Positions 51,598-64,000 of a stretch of DNA of 64,000 nucleotides are shown here, piece by piece. The position numbers and the translations under genes are program-made. The notes under the pieces are model-generated. The model was not told the origin of the DNA. It saw nothing but the letters and a program-made list of their open reading frames with translations, and did not search any database. Positions within the stretch are counted from its first letter, which is position 1. Every line of letters begins with the position of its first letter. The stretch comes from Hemiscyllium ocellatum (lineage: Eukaryota): NCBI RefSeq assembly GCF_020745735.1, contig NC_083416.1, positions 54,833,131 to 54,897,130 on the forward strand, given 5' to 3'.

Positions 51598-51968
51598 TGT
51601 ATTCTTTCATGGGATGTAGGTGTAACCAGGCATTTGTTGCCCATCCCTAATTGTCCTTGCACTGAGCAGCTTGTTAGGCCATTTCAGAGGGTAGTTAAAA
51701 ATCAATGACATTGCTATGAGCCTGTCATCCTAAGTAGGCCATACCCAAGTAGGGTGGAAGATTTCATTCCCTAAAATATATTAGTGAACCAGCTGGAGTT
51801 TTTACAACAATTAATAACCTCATGGTTATCATTACCTTCAGGCGAGTTTTTAATTCCAATTTTAAATAACTGAATTCCACTAGTTGCCAGGATGGAATTT
51901 GAACTGATGTCCCAAAACAATTAACTTGGGCTTTTGAATTACAAGTCCAGTGACACTACCACTCCCCC
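51598..51968 (-). mobile_element. tRNA-headed SINE sharing head and tail with the second CR1 family
   Basis: Same ctggttcactaat..agggaa..tctgaaatggcctaacaagc core as 45100-45390, and the LINE tail aattagggatgggcaacaaatgc. A second copy lies at about 42510-42845. Confidence 0.7.
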
Positions 51969-52139
51969 AGTTAACCAATTTTGCCAAATCTTTCTCTTTG
52001 CTAATTGTAGGACATGCTGCCATTGTGTCCCACTTGCAGTAATTGATTTTACTTAGGCTTCCAGCCATCTCAAGGATTCTCCCATGTAGTGTGTTACTGT
52101 ATGGATGATCACAGTGTTGGTGCCATTGACATCATCTTC

Positions 52140-55100
52140 AGCTTGCTGGATGATTAATGGACTTGGATCTGTCACACTAACCAATTTGGTGACCATAGTT
52201 CTGTACATTTTCAGATACTCATGAATAAGGAGAAGAACAGACCCTAGATGGTGTTAAACTGGGGAAGGCCAACTATAACTGTATTCGGCAAAAATTGGAG
52301 AATGTGGAGTGGGAGCAGTTATTTCAGGGAGTCTGATGTAGGAGTCTTTTGAAGACCTGTTTATTAAAGTGCAGGACAGGCATGTTCCTACGAAAATGAA
52401 GGACAGGGATGACAGGGAAAATGATCAGATTAGTCAAAAAAAAAGGAAGCATACCTAATGTCTAGGCAAATAAAAACAAAGTCCTTACAGAATATATAGA
52501 AAAAATGAAGGGCCACAAATGGGGAGGGCTAAAAGAGGCTATGAAATGTCCTTGGTCAGCAGTGTTAAGGAGAATCCTAAGGCATTTTATTCATATATTA
52601 GGAGCAAAAGGGTAGGTAGGGAAAAAATAGGCCCATTCAAGGATAAAGGAAGGAAGTTATAGAACATAGAACATTACAGTGCAGTACAGGCCCTTTGGCC
52701 CTCGATGTTGCGCCTACCAGTCATACCAATCTGAAGCCCATATAACCTACACTATTCCATGTACGTCCATATGCTTGTCCAATGACGACTTAAATGCACT
52801 TAAAGTCGGTGAATCTACTACTGTTGCAGGCAAAGCATTCCATACCCTCACTACTCTCTAAGTAAAGATACCAGCTCTGACATCTGTCCTATATTTATAT
52901 CCCTCAATTTAAAGCTATGCCACCTTGTGCTCGTCGTCACCATACTTGGCAAAAGGCTCTCCTTGTCCACCCTATCTAACCCTCTGATTATCTTATATGT
53001 CTCTATTAAGTCACTTCTCAACCTTCTTCTCTCTAACGAAAAAAGCCTCAAGTCCCTTAGCCTTTCCTCATAAGACATTCCCTCTATACCAGGCAACATC
53101 CTAGTAAATCTCCTCTGCACCCTTTCCAAAGCTTCCACATCCTTCTTATAATGTGGTGACCAGAACTGTACACAATACTCCAAGTGCGGCCGCACCAGAG
53201 TTTTGTACAGCTGTAGCATAACCTCATGGTTCTAGAACGCAATCACCAAGATCTCTCTGCTCATCCCTTGCATGAATACAAACTAAATATGTAACAGCTT
53301 CTAGGAACCCTCATGGCACATCTGGGATTAATTTACGAAATTCTTCTACACTTGCTTGCTGCTCCTCGCTGCACTGGGAGCTGTCTTTGTCATGCTGTAA
53401 CAAGGACACTGTGCTCAGGGCCAAGCATCCAGTTGATGGACTGGATAAGGCTGCATCTTGGGCTGTTTGCTTGCAGTGATGATTTTTCTCTGAGCTTACC
53501 TAGATGCATGCAGCATCCCTGCCTTGCATTGCTTTGCCTTGCCTTTTTGAGCTTTCTCTCCTTGGCTAGAGATACTAGGCTCACAGTATTGCTGTCATGC
53601 CTTGCTGTCTAATGCAGACACAAGGCCAGGGAGCTTCTCGTGGTTGTCAGCAGGCCTCAGTGAAGACAAGGAGGTTAGCCTTCACTCAGGGATCTTGGCT
53701 CAGTATGTTAACAGCAGCCTCCAAACCTGGCCCTTGAGCTTAAGCACAGTCATTCAGCAGCTCAGAGTGCTCAGAGTAGGTATTCTCTTCACATAAAGGT
53801 GATGCGTGGAGCCAGAGGAAATAGGTGAGACCCTTAATGAGTACTTAGCAGCAGTATTCACCAATGAAGGGGATGGATACCTTTGGTCAGGTCCACATAA
53901 CGATGGAGGAAGTGTTGGGTGTTTTGAAATGTATTAAGGTAGATAGGTCCGCAGGGCTAGATGGGAGCTGTCCCAGGATACTGTGAGAGGCAAAGGAGGA
54001 AACATTTAGACCTTAAATGATATCTTTGCATCCTCTTTGGCCTCAGGTGAGATTCCAGAGGACTGGAGATTGGCCAAAGTTGTTCCTTTGTATAAGAAAG
54101 GAAACAGAGGTAATCCTGATGCTGGAGAAGATACTGAGAGATAGGATTTGTTAACATTTGAAAGTGAATGTACTTGTTAGTGACAGGCAGCGTGGGTTTG
54201 TGCGGGGAAGGTCATGTCTCACCAACATGGTTGAGTTTTTTGATGAGGTGGCAAGAATGATTGATGAGGGAAAGGCAATAGATGTTGTCTACATGGAAAT
54301 TTAGTAAAGCATTTGTTAAGGTACCTCATGGCAGTTTGCAGATTTGGGCAGAGAAATGGGAGGTGCAGTTTAATCTGGACAAATACAAAGTGATGTATAT
54401 TGGAAGATCAATTTCGGCTGTGAATTATACAATAAATGGCAGAACCCTCCAGAGCACTGACGTACAGCGGGATCTGGGCACACAGATTCACAGATCCTTG
54501 AAAGTGGCAACACCGGGTAAGGTGGTCAATAAGGCAGACAGTACACTTGCCTTCATCAGCTGGGGAGTAGCATATAAAAATTGTTAAGTTATGATACAAT
54601 TGCATACGACTTCAGTTAGGCCACATTTTGAATATTGTGTGTAGTTCTGGTCACCACACTACCAGAAAGATATGGATGCTTTGGAGACTGTGCAGAGAAG
54701 GTTTACCGAAATGTTGCTTGGTCTGGAGGGTTTTAATCATGAGGTGAGGTTGGATGAACTTTGCTTGCTTTGACTCGAAAAATGGAGCTGGGAGGGTGAC
54801 CTGATAGAGGCTTACAAAATTGAGAGGTATAGTTCGGGTGGATAGTCAGAGGCTTTTTCGCAGGGTGGAAAGGTCAATGACAAGAGGGGCAGGTTCTAGG
54901 TGAGAGGGGAAAAGTTTAGGGGAGAAGTGCAGGGAAAGTTTTTCACCCAGAGAGTAGTGGGTGCCTGGAATACACTGCCAGTTGAAGTTGTGAAAGCAGA
55001 TATATTAGCAACTTTGAAGGGCATATGTTGATGGACACATGAATGGGAAGCGAGTAGAGGATAGAAACCATGTATGGGCAATAAGTTGCAACGCGAAATA

Positions 55101-55150
55101 AAGGATTAGGAATCAGGACAGTCTTAATGGGCTGTAGGGCCTGTTCCCAT
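52140..55150 (+). mobile_element. Degraded CR1 LINE interrupted at about 52660-53800 by an inverted CR1 3' end plus unrelated sequence
   Basis: The host CR1 reads ...ggataaaggaaggaagttat and resumes gcgtggagccagaggaaatagg. The insert contains LVRPHLEYCVQFWSP on minus (52851-53219). Confidence 0.8.
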
Positions 55151-58100
55151 GCTTTATTGTATTTTATTACCTGTATCTTGAATGGCTTTCTCAGGAAGTG
55201 AGTCAGTATTTCAGGTTTTCTTTCTGCCTTGGCCTTTATTCATCTCAATCAATACCTTTCTCACTTCTCTTCCTGTTTAAACCACCTGCAATTAATTGAA
55301 TCAGTAATCCCCATTCTTTGCAAAATGGAAGCTTGCAGAGCACGTTCCTTAAGCAAGGTGATGATTTTCTAGTTCTCAAAGGCAGTATAAGATGCTCTCT
55401 TTCATGAATCAGTACACATTATTTTGCGGTGATTATTATATTGAAATCAGTGGAGGTTTGATCAGTATTTATAGAGAAAAGTGGTGCCATAATTGGTCAC
55501 AGTGTCGACATGTCATAAAGGAGCAGCATATAGATGGGAAATAGAGGGAGGCAAGGATAGGTCTTTGGGGACCACCAGATCTAATGGTTTGGGGAAGAGA
55601 AGCCATTTTAAGTGATACTCTGTTTACAGTCAGATAGCTAAGAGTAAAACTACCTGACAGCAGCTACACCCAGTCGGATGAGCACGGAGCATTGGTGAGG
55701 GTGGTGGGGACAAGTGCACAGAGACTGCAAAGATTGAGAAAACTGTGAAGGGATAGATTACTTTTGTCACTATATATAGGATCAAATTTGTGACTTAGTT
55801 AAGAGCAGTTTTGGTATTGCAGGAGAATTAGAAGTTTGACTGGAGAGATCCAAACATAGGGCTGAATGTTTTGGGGGTGGGGCAAGGAGGAGGTCACTGC
55901 TCATCCCCTCAGCTCCAGAGGAAGCCAAGGTGGATCATCCACTCAGCACATGGCTGAAGATTGCTACTTTTTTTTCCCTGACAGGTAAGGTGAAGTGTGT
56001 ATTTACATTAGACTTACATGAACATATAACTCAACTTTGATGGTAAAAAGAGCATTGTATAAAGTGCTACATTTCTAACATGTTGCCAGAATGCAAGGCT
56101 ATCTCACAGAGTTTAAAACTGGAAAATTACCCATCATGACTAAATAATTAACAAAGCACTAGCAAAATTAGAGACAACTAGTTTTTATTTCTCAGGAGAT
56201 TTGTGAAAATGCTGTTGAGTTATCCATTCAAATCACTAATTGCGATGTGAAGCAAATCCTTTTGAATCAGAACTGGATCAAAACCCGATGAGAACTAGGA
56301 CTAGGGTTTACAAGGATAAGTGCAAATTGGTTAATTAATGCAATGTGCAACAATTCCTAAGATGTTGAATTCTTGGAAATATATGTCATAAAAGGCAATT
56401 GATCTAGATGCACAAATTTGTGGAAATCTTTCAAAAAAGCATATGAGTCTACAATTGAAAGAATTCTTTACGTTCGACTGAGGGAGCTGGCGTAATGATC
56501 CTGCATATGTTTCTCATTCTCATGTTGAAATTTAGGAAGAATATTGTTGTGGCAAAGCTGAACTCAGTCAGTTCTCTGGATTTTTATAGAAAGGGGGTGG
56601 AAAGGTAATTTTACTTTTAGTATATGAATCCTTTTGATACAAAATAATAGGCATTAAGGACTTGCATTGCAATGGAATGTTATGTTAAGACGATCTGTTC
56701 CACATCTGCTTCTAAAACCATATCAGGTGGCATGGCATGGAGTGTATAGATAATTGCTAACATGTATAACTGTACACACCCTGAGTCTCTGCCATTGTGA
56801 GAAGGCAATGGAAGAATGGCCAGGAGCTAAACATATCCCACAAGCAGAAAGGAGAATACAACAAGAGAGTTGAAAGAGGCTGAAAGCAGATGTGATATGT
56901 GCAGGCCCACAAAACGCTGAAGGTGAAAATACTTTAAAACAAAAGGAAGTTTTATTCTCAATAAGAAATACAAATAAACTATAGAGCAAAAAAGATGATT
57001 TGTGCGACAATTGGACAATTGAAAATTTCGTGGCTTTTCCTATTTGTAACAAAATAGCAAACCATTGTGAGGTTTGCTCTCAAATTCAAACACTAAGAAC
57101 TAAAAAGATGACAATGACAATGATAATATGCTCAATGTCCATGTTTGTACCACACGCTCAGTGGCAGTACTATGTACTATTGAAAACAATAACTCAATAT
57201 CAAGTTCAGCAACTTTAGGGCTTGAGGCACCTTCTCCAATATCCTCACCCCAACCTCATACACCAGACCTTGTTATCACATGGTCTGCTAATACACATAA
57301 CCCACTTTTAGCCAGTAATTGTCCCCATTAGCAGCCATTCATTCTCCTAGGCTGAATGTTATCCACTCTTTTGTCCAACTTTTCTTCTCTCTCTTTGAGC
57401 TCTATCTCCACCTCTCATTTACTCCTTAACCACCCCCCTATAACCTATATAAAACATCTTTTCCCAGCTACCATCATTCCAAAGAAGATTCTCTGCACCT
57501 GAAACATTAACTCTGATTTCTCTCCACAAATGCTGCCAGACAAGAGCTTTTCGAGCAATTTCAGTTTTTGTTTTGTGATTTCCAGCTTCTGCACTTCTAT
57601 TGGGTTTTTTATTCATGCATCATTTGCAAGATGCACTGAAGAAATTCACCAAAGATCCTTAGACAGTACCTTCCAAACCCATGACTGCTTCCATCTAGAA
57701 GGACAAAGCCAGCAGATACATGAAATCACCGCTGTTTCAAGTTTCCTCCCAAGCCACTCCCGATTCTGACTTGGAAATATATCGCTGTTCCTTCACTGGC
57801 TAGGTCAACATCCTGGAATACCTCCCCAATGGCACTTTCACAAGGACGTGCAGTAGATGCTGGCCCAGCCATCGATGTCCATGTCCCATGATTGAATAAA
57901 ACAACACACCTTAGCTGACTGCCAGTGAATATATTCCTTTTAACATATGCAGAATGTAAGCATAAATTGCTGGAGGGCATAAAGATACAATTGTTAAAAG
58001 TCACAGAACAAGGTTTATAAGCAAAAAGAATACACAATAAAGTATAGCAGGGTACTTGTTCCAAAGTCGAAAGGAAACACGGACCAAACTAAGTCTGGGA

Positions 58101-58899
58101 GAATTTCCAAGTTCTTCTGGTCGTTATAAAGGCTTTGCTGTACTTGGAGTGCCATCAAGTGGCAATATTGTGCAAATGACTAATTTGAAAATTAGATTAC
58201 ACTTGCTAAAAATGAATGAAATCCATTTTCTAACTTTCAAAACATGTTCCGATGGAGAACCTCATGCTTAGACATTGAAAATCCATTGGCTGAAAAGGAA
58301 ACAAATGAAGGTTTGAATAAAATTATTTTCTTGGTAAATTGCAATGTGTACCTTTTGAGGGAAATCTGCATTCCCTTTACTTTCATGAATTGTCAATACC
58401 CATTTTTAGCAAGCTGTATTTGCATTGAACATACAAAAGCACAAATGCTGCCCTCAGCAACTCATTTTCTTGTTTATTATCATTTTAAAAACAGCGCCTT
58501 CCCAATTTCCTAAGAGACTGCTGAGTGTTAACTTGAAAATCCAACTTTCTGAACTAAGCCAAAGGAGTACTTCACAATTAGCCCAGTGTCCTTTAGATCA
58601 TGAGCAGGTAAGAGATATGACCATTAAGTGTATTCATGCAAAATGTTACAACATGAACATCAGTGAACAGTAAGGTAGAGTTGAACTGTGTTATCCCCTC
58701 TCAGTCAAATAGGAACCAACATTTCACTATGAAATCACACAAATGGGGATTGGCAAAGTTATTTCACTACTCACGATGTAAAACAAGGGGAGGCCTAAAC
58801 TTTCCGTGTGGAGTGTAAAGGAGCCCCTTTTGGCCTCAAATTAGGAAGTAAAACAACTTGCCTGGAAGACAGGGGGATGTAAAATCAGACACACTAGTA

Positions 58900-59075
58900 A
58901 GCCAAAATTAGAGTGGTGCTGGAAAAGCAAAGCAGCATTGAAGGGGGCGGGGGGGGGCATGAATATCGACGTTCATCAGGAATGGGCTGTTGCCCGAAAT
59001 GTCAATATTCCTGCTCCTTGGATGTTGCCTGACCGGCTGTGCTTTTTCAGTACCACTGTAATCTTGACTCTAATC
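58900..59075. mobile_element. Degenerate hairpin PLE terminus
   Basis: gtggtgctggaaaagca...tgctttttcagtaccac arms, with partial hammerhead pieces (ttcatcaggaat; gggctgttgcccgaaatgtc). Confidence 0.6.
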
Positions 59076-59170
59076 TCCTTAACAGGTGTAGGTCAATGGA
59101 AAATTCTTACAACATATTTCCTTTAATAAATATTGTTGTGGTTCTGTTCGCCGAGCTGGGAATTTGTGTT

Positions 59171-59210
59171 GCAGACATTTCGTCCCCTGTCTAGGTGACA
59201 TCCTCAGTGC
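59171..59210 (-). ncRNA. Minimal hammerhead ribozyme in the inverted Penelope terminus
   Basis: Minus strand GCA-CTGAGGA-t-GTCACCT-agac-AGGGGAC-GAAA-TG-TC-TGC. Core intact, GUC triplet. Confidence 0.72.
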
Positions 59211-61191
59211 TTGGGAGCCTCCTGTGAAGCGCTTCAGTGTTGTTTCCTCTGGCATTTATAGTGGTTTGTCTCTGCCGCTTCCGGATGTCAGTTCCAGCTG
59301 TCCGCTGCAGTGGCCGATTAATTGGGTCCAAGTCGATGTGTTTGTTTATAGAAAATGTGGATGAGTGCCATGCCTCTAGAAATTCCCTGGTTGTTCTCTG
59401 TTTGGCTTGTCCTATAATAGTAGTGTTGTCCCACACAAACACACAACCTCAACACCAAGGAGAGGGAAGCACTAAAAACACTAAGAAATGATAAGAACAT
59501 AATCATACTACCAGCAGACAAAGGCAGAATGATGGTCATCCTGGACAAAGCAGAGTACATCCAGAAAGCGCAACAACTACTTGCAGATACCAACACCTAC
59601 CAAAAGAGGGAGTTTGACCCCACCCACAGCTTACCAATAGGATAAACAACACACTGAGGAACCTGCAAAAAAACGGACAGATAACCAGGTTTGATCTACT
59701 GAGAATGAAAACTGAAAGCAACATCACCCCCAGATTCTATGGACTACCTAAAGTGCACAAACAAGACATTCCACTCAGACCCATAGTATCACTACCAGGG
59801 ACACCATCATACAAACTGGCTAAAGAACTACAGCAAAAACTGAAACACCTGATCAGCGGATCCAGACACTCTATACAGTCATCACAGGAATTCTTGGACA
59901 TCATCGGAAATATACACATCGACAAGGAAGAAACTATGTCTCATTCGATGTAACGGCACTGTTCACCTCTATCGACAAAACCCTAGCCAGAGAATCAATA
60001 GCCAACCTTCTGGACATACAGAACAGACAATAAGACAGGGAACCTATCAACAAAGACTGCATACTCAAACTATTGGACCTGTGCTTCACACTTCACATTC
60101 AATAACCAAATATATGAACAAATCAACGGCACACCATGGGCTCACCCATCTCTGGACTCACAGCTGAAGCTGTAATGCAAAGATTAGAACAAACAGTCTT
60201 ACCGCAAATTCAACCTAAACTCTGTGTCAGATATGTGGATGACACCTTTGTAATCATTAAAAACACAGAAATAGAAAACACACACTGGATCATCAACACC
60301 ACACTCACAGGAATCCGATTCACGAGAGAGGAAGAAAAGGACAACCAACTCCCATTCCTCGACATGATGATACAGAGAACACTGAACAGAGAATTCACCA
60401 CAAAGGTGTACAGGAAAGCCACACACACAGATCAAGTCCTGAACTATGAAAGCAACTACCCCAACACACACAAAAGAAGTTGCATCAAGACACTGTTCAT
60501 AAGGGCCACAACACACTGCAGTACACCAGAACTGCAAAAAGAGGAAGAAGAACACCTATACAAGGTATTCACCAAAAACGGATACCCGCGCAATTTCATC
60601 AACAGATGCCTTAGGGAAAGACAACGGAATGAGGACATGCCACAACCCAAAGGACTAGCCACGTTACCATACATCAAGAACATTTCTGAACTGACAGCCA
60701 GACTACTGCGACCACTAGGATTCATAACAGCACACAAACCAACAGCCACTCTCAAACAACAACCTCTCAGACAAGGGACCCGATACCCAGCAAGAGCAAA
60801 ACCAATGAAGTGTACAAAACCCTATGCAAGGACTGCACAAAACACTACATAGGACAAACAAGAAGACAGCTAACGATTCGTATCCATGAACACCAACTAG
60901 CCACGAAACAACACGACCAGTTATCCTTAGTAGCCACACACACAGATGACAAGCAACATGAGTTTGACTGGGACAACACTACTATTATAGGACAAGCCAA
61001 ACAGAGAACAGCCAGGGAATTCCTAGAGGCATGGCACTCATCCACAGAGTGTATAAACAAACACATCGACCTGGACCCAATATACCGGCCACTGCAGCGG
61101 ACAGCTGGAACTGACAACCGGAAGTGGCAGAGACAAACCACTATAAATGCCGGAGGAAATAACACAGAAGCGCTTCACAGGAGGCTCCCAA

Positions 61192-61231
61192 GCACTGAGG
61201 ATGTCACTTAGACAGGGAACAAAATGTCTGC
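61192..61231 (+). ncRNA. Degenerate hammerhead motif (GAAA changed to AAAA)
   Basis: GCA-CTGAGGA-tgtcacttagacagggaac-AAAA-tgtc-TGC. The catalytic G12 is lost. Confidence 0.6.
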
Positions 61232-61959
61232 AACACAAATTCCCAGCTCAGCGAACAGAACCACAACAACGAGCACCCGAGCTACAAATCTTCTCACAAA
61301 CTTTGATTTTATAAATATTTTCCTTTGCATATCAAAGTGTTGCTGTACATACAGGATTGCTTAGTTGATTGACAGGCAAATAGCCTTCCAACACTTACCT
61401 GTTTCAATTTGGTGCATCAAAATATTTTTTACTAGAAAGTGATTTTTAATCACTACTTTATTCTTTTACCAAGGATAATAAAACTTGAACCTTTTGATTT
61501 CCTTGCTGTCTGTGATGCAAAACCTAGCTACTATTTCAGCATGAGTATTTTTCTTTTGAAATTTCTGCATATATTTCTTGTTGCTAATGCACTTTTGTTT
61601 TGTTTTCATTTCGCTCATTTTGTGATATGCGCAGGTTAGTAGTTGGTGAATTACAGTAATCCAGCAAGAACATTATTTACAGCAAGAGTGAATCTTGAAT
61701 TTTCTTCATTATCATTGTAGTGCCCTGTAATTCACAGTAAAAGTAATACGTCATTAAAGTGGCAGGACAGCAAATTTCAATAACTAGTTGTTTTGATACA
61801 TAGAGTCTTTTGCAATAGAGCGATGGGGCTTAGCATAGGACCTTGCAGATGTTAAATAGTTACTCCCCTCAATTTATCAGATACTATGCAATAAAGTTTT
61901 CTATAAACTGAGGTTAATATTAGAAAAAATATTTCTCAAGGAACAAAAAGATATTTTGT

Positions 61960-64000
61960 GGCATTGCTTACGGGAAGTCATGTGGATCAGATGATGGAGA
62001 AGGTTGAGAACAGCCAGACACCGCATGGAAAGAGTCTATGACGAGGGATAGGCACTTGATAGGGCAAAGGTGCAGTCGGTGTGATGGGTTGAAGTGTGTC
62101 TATTTTAATGCAAGAAGTATCAGGAATAAGGGTGATAAACTCAGAGCATGGATCTGTACTTGGAACTATGGTGTTGTGGCCATTACGGAGACTTGGATAT
62201 CACAGGGGCAGGAATGGTTACTGGATGTTCCAGGGTTTAAATGTTTCAAAAGGAATGGAGGTAGAGGTAAAAGAGGTGGAAGAGTGGCACGACTAATCAG
62301 GGATAGTATCATAGCTGCAGAAAGGGAAATCATCGAGGAAGGTTTGTCTACAGAGTCAGTATATGTGAAAGTCAGGAAAAGAGTAGTCACTTTATTGGGA
62401 GTTTTATACAGGCCTCCAATATCAACAGAGACACAGAGGAGTGGATTGGGACGCAAATTTTGGAAAGGGGCAGAAGTAACAGGGTTGTTCCCATAGGTGA
62501 CTTTAATTTCCCTAATATTGGTTGGAAACTACTTATTCAAATAGCTTGGATGGAGCAGTTTTTGTCAGGTTGACTAAGACGGGAGGCCATATTGGATTCG
62601 GTGCTTGGCAACCAACCATGCTAGGTATCAGATCTTTCAATGGAAGGGCATTCGGTGATAGTGATCATAACTCCCTGACCTTTACTGTACTCATGGAGAG
62701 GGATAGGGGCAAACAGTATGGGAAAATTGGGGGAGGAGGAATTACAATGCTATTAGGCAGGAACTGAGGCACCTAAATTGGGAACAGATGTTCTGAGGGA
62801 AATGGCGCGACAGAAATGTGGAGGCGATTTAGGAAGCACTTGCTGATAGTGCTGGACAGGTTTGTGCCACTGAGGCAAAGAAGGGATGGTAGGTTGAAAG
62901 AATCTTGGGTGACAAGGGATGTGGAACATCTAGTCAAGAGGAAGAAGGAAGCTTACTTAAGGTTAAGGGCACAAGGATCAGACAGGGCTTTAGACTGTTA
63001 CAAGGAATCCAGGAAGGAACTGAAGAATGGACTTAGGAGAGCTAGAAGGGGATCTGAAAAATCTTTAGCAGGTGGTGTTAAGGAAAATTCTACAGTTATG
63101 TGAAGAACAAGACAATAGCCAGAGTGAGGGTAGTGCCAATCAAAGACAGTGGAAGGAACTTGTGCTTGGAGTCAGAGAAAGTAGGGGAGGTCCTTAATGA
63201 ATACTTTGTTTCAATATTCATTTCTGAGAGGGACTTTGTTGAGGACAGCGTGAAACAGCCTGATATGCTAGAACAGGTTGATGCTCAGAGGAGGATGAGC
63301 TGAAAAATTTGAAAAACATAAGGATAGATAAATCCTTTGGGCCAGACAGAATATACTCTAGGTTACTACAGGAAGCAAGGGAAGAGATTGCTGCACTTAT
63401 GTGAAGATCTTTGCATTCTCACTGTCCACTGGAGGAATGCTAGATGATTGGAGGGTGGCAAATTTTATTCTCTTGTTCAAGAATGGGAATAGGGATGACT
63501 CTGGGAATTAAAGATCAGTTGGTCTTACGGCAAAGTATTGGAGAGGATTCCAAGAGACAGGATTTATGATTATTTGGAAAAGCATAGTTTGTTTAGAGAT
63601 AGTCAGCATGGCTCTGTGAGGGGCAGGTCATGCCAAACCTTATTGAATTCTTTGAGGATGTGACAAAACATATTGATGAAGGTAGAACAGTGGATGTGGT
63701 TTACATGGATTTTAGAAGGACGTTTGATAAGTTTCCCCATGGCAGGCTCATTCAGAAAGTAAGGAGACATGGGATACAGGGAAATTTGGATGTCTGGATA
63801 CATAATTGACATGTCCATAGGAAACACAGGGTGGTGGCAGATGGAAAGCATTCAGCCTGGAGCTCAGTAACCAGTAGTGTTCCACAGGGTTCTGTTCTAG
63901 GACCTCTGCTCTTTGTGATTTTTATAAATGACTTGGATGAAGAAGTGGAAGGATGGGTTAGTACGATTACTGATAACACATCAGGTAGGTGAAGTTGTGG
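61960..64000 (+). mobile_element. CR1 LINE ORF2 from the endonuclease start, running off the window
   Basis: LKCVYFNARSIRNK..AITETW..GVLYRPP and GDSDHNSL, with RT motifs near 63600-63980. Many frameshifts. Confidence 0.88.

Larger units (their letters stand above)
59133..61306 (+). mobile_element. Penelope-like retroelement (RT + GIY-YIG), 5'-truncated, with an inverted 3' segment at 59133-59433
   Basis: ORF pieces PRFYGLPKVHK..LRPIVS, MGSPISG..VRYVDD, LPFLD and CKDCTKHYIGQT..RIHEH, with frameshifts and stops. Flanking duplication ataaatatt at 59126-59134 and 61311-61319. Confidence 0.93.

Noticed and set aside
56800-58090. Further SGMS-like peptide echoes (CGICLAPGHS at about 56812-56842; QW/LLFCYK at about 57045-57070; FLLINLVL at about 58005-58030)
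   Set aside because: Short and low in complexity, with spacing and splice sites that do not fit. They could be chance and need a frameshift-aware alignment.
61394-61620. Minus-strand consensus donor AG|GTAAGT with an upstream Lys-rich short ORF
   Set aside because: The ORF stops before the donor and shows no homology. A non-coding exon cannot be supported from sequence alone.

Overview
Eukaryotic, AT-rich, repeat-dense vertebrate DNA. The repeat families (HE1/V-SINE, CR1-clade LINEs, Penelope-like elements) point to an elasmobranch shark; this is inference. The only intact gene is a five-exon CYP2U1 on the minus strand: CDS 34527..34053, 20634..19999, 16973..16812, 15188..15021, 13060..12882, totalling 1620 nt (539 aa), with all introns GT-AG. 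It has a CpG-rich first exon and CRE, DR1 and YY1 motifs beside the ATG. Upstream on the same strand, where SGMS2 lies in human, are decayed sphingomyelin-synthase-like exons with stops and frameshifts, a probable SGMS2 pseudogene. The window also carries more than a dozen minimal hammerhead-ribozyme motifs from about four Penelope-like element (PLE) families, often in hairpin-shaped insertions with target-site duplications (TSDs). One CR1-type LINE appears to begin with a tRNA-SINE head that it shares with a free SINE. Repeat boundaries were read by eye and are approximate. Nearly all ORFs in the supplied track are transposon fragments or noise.
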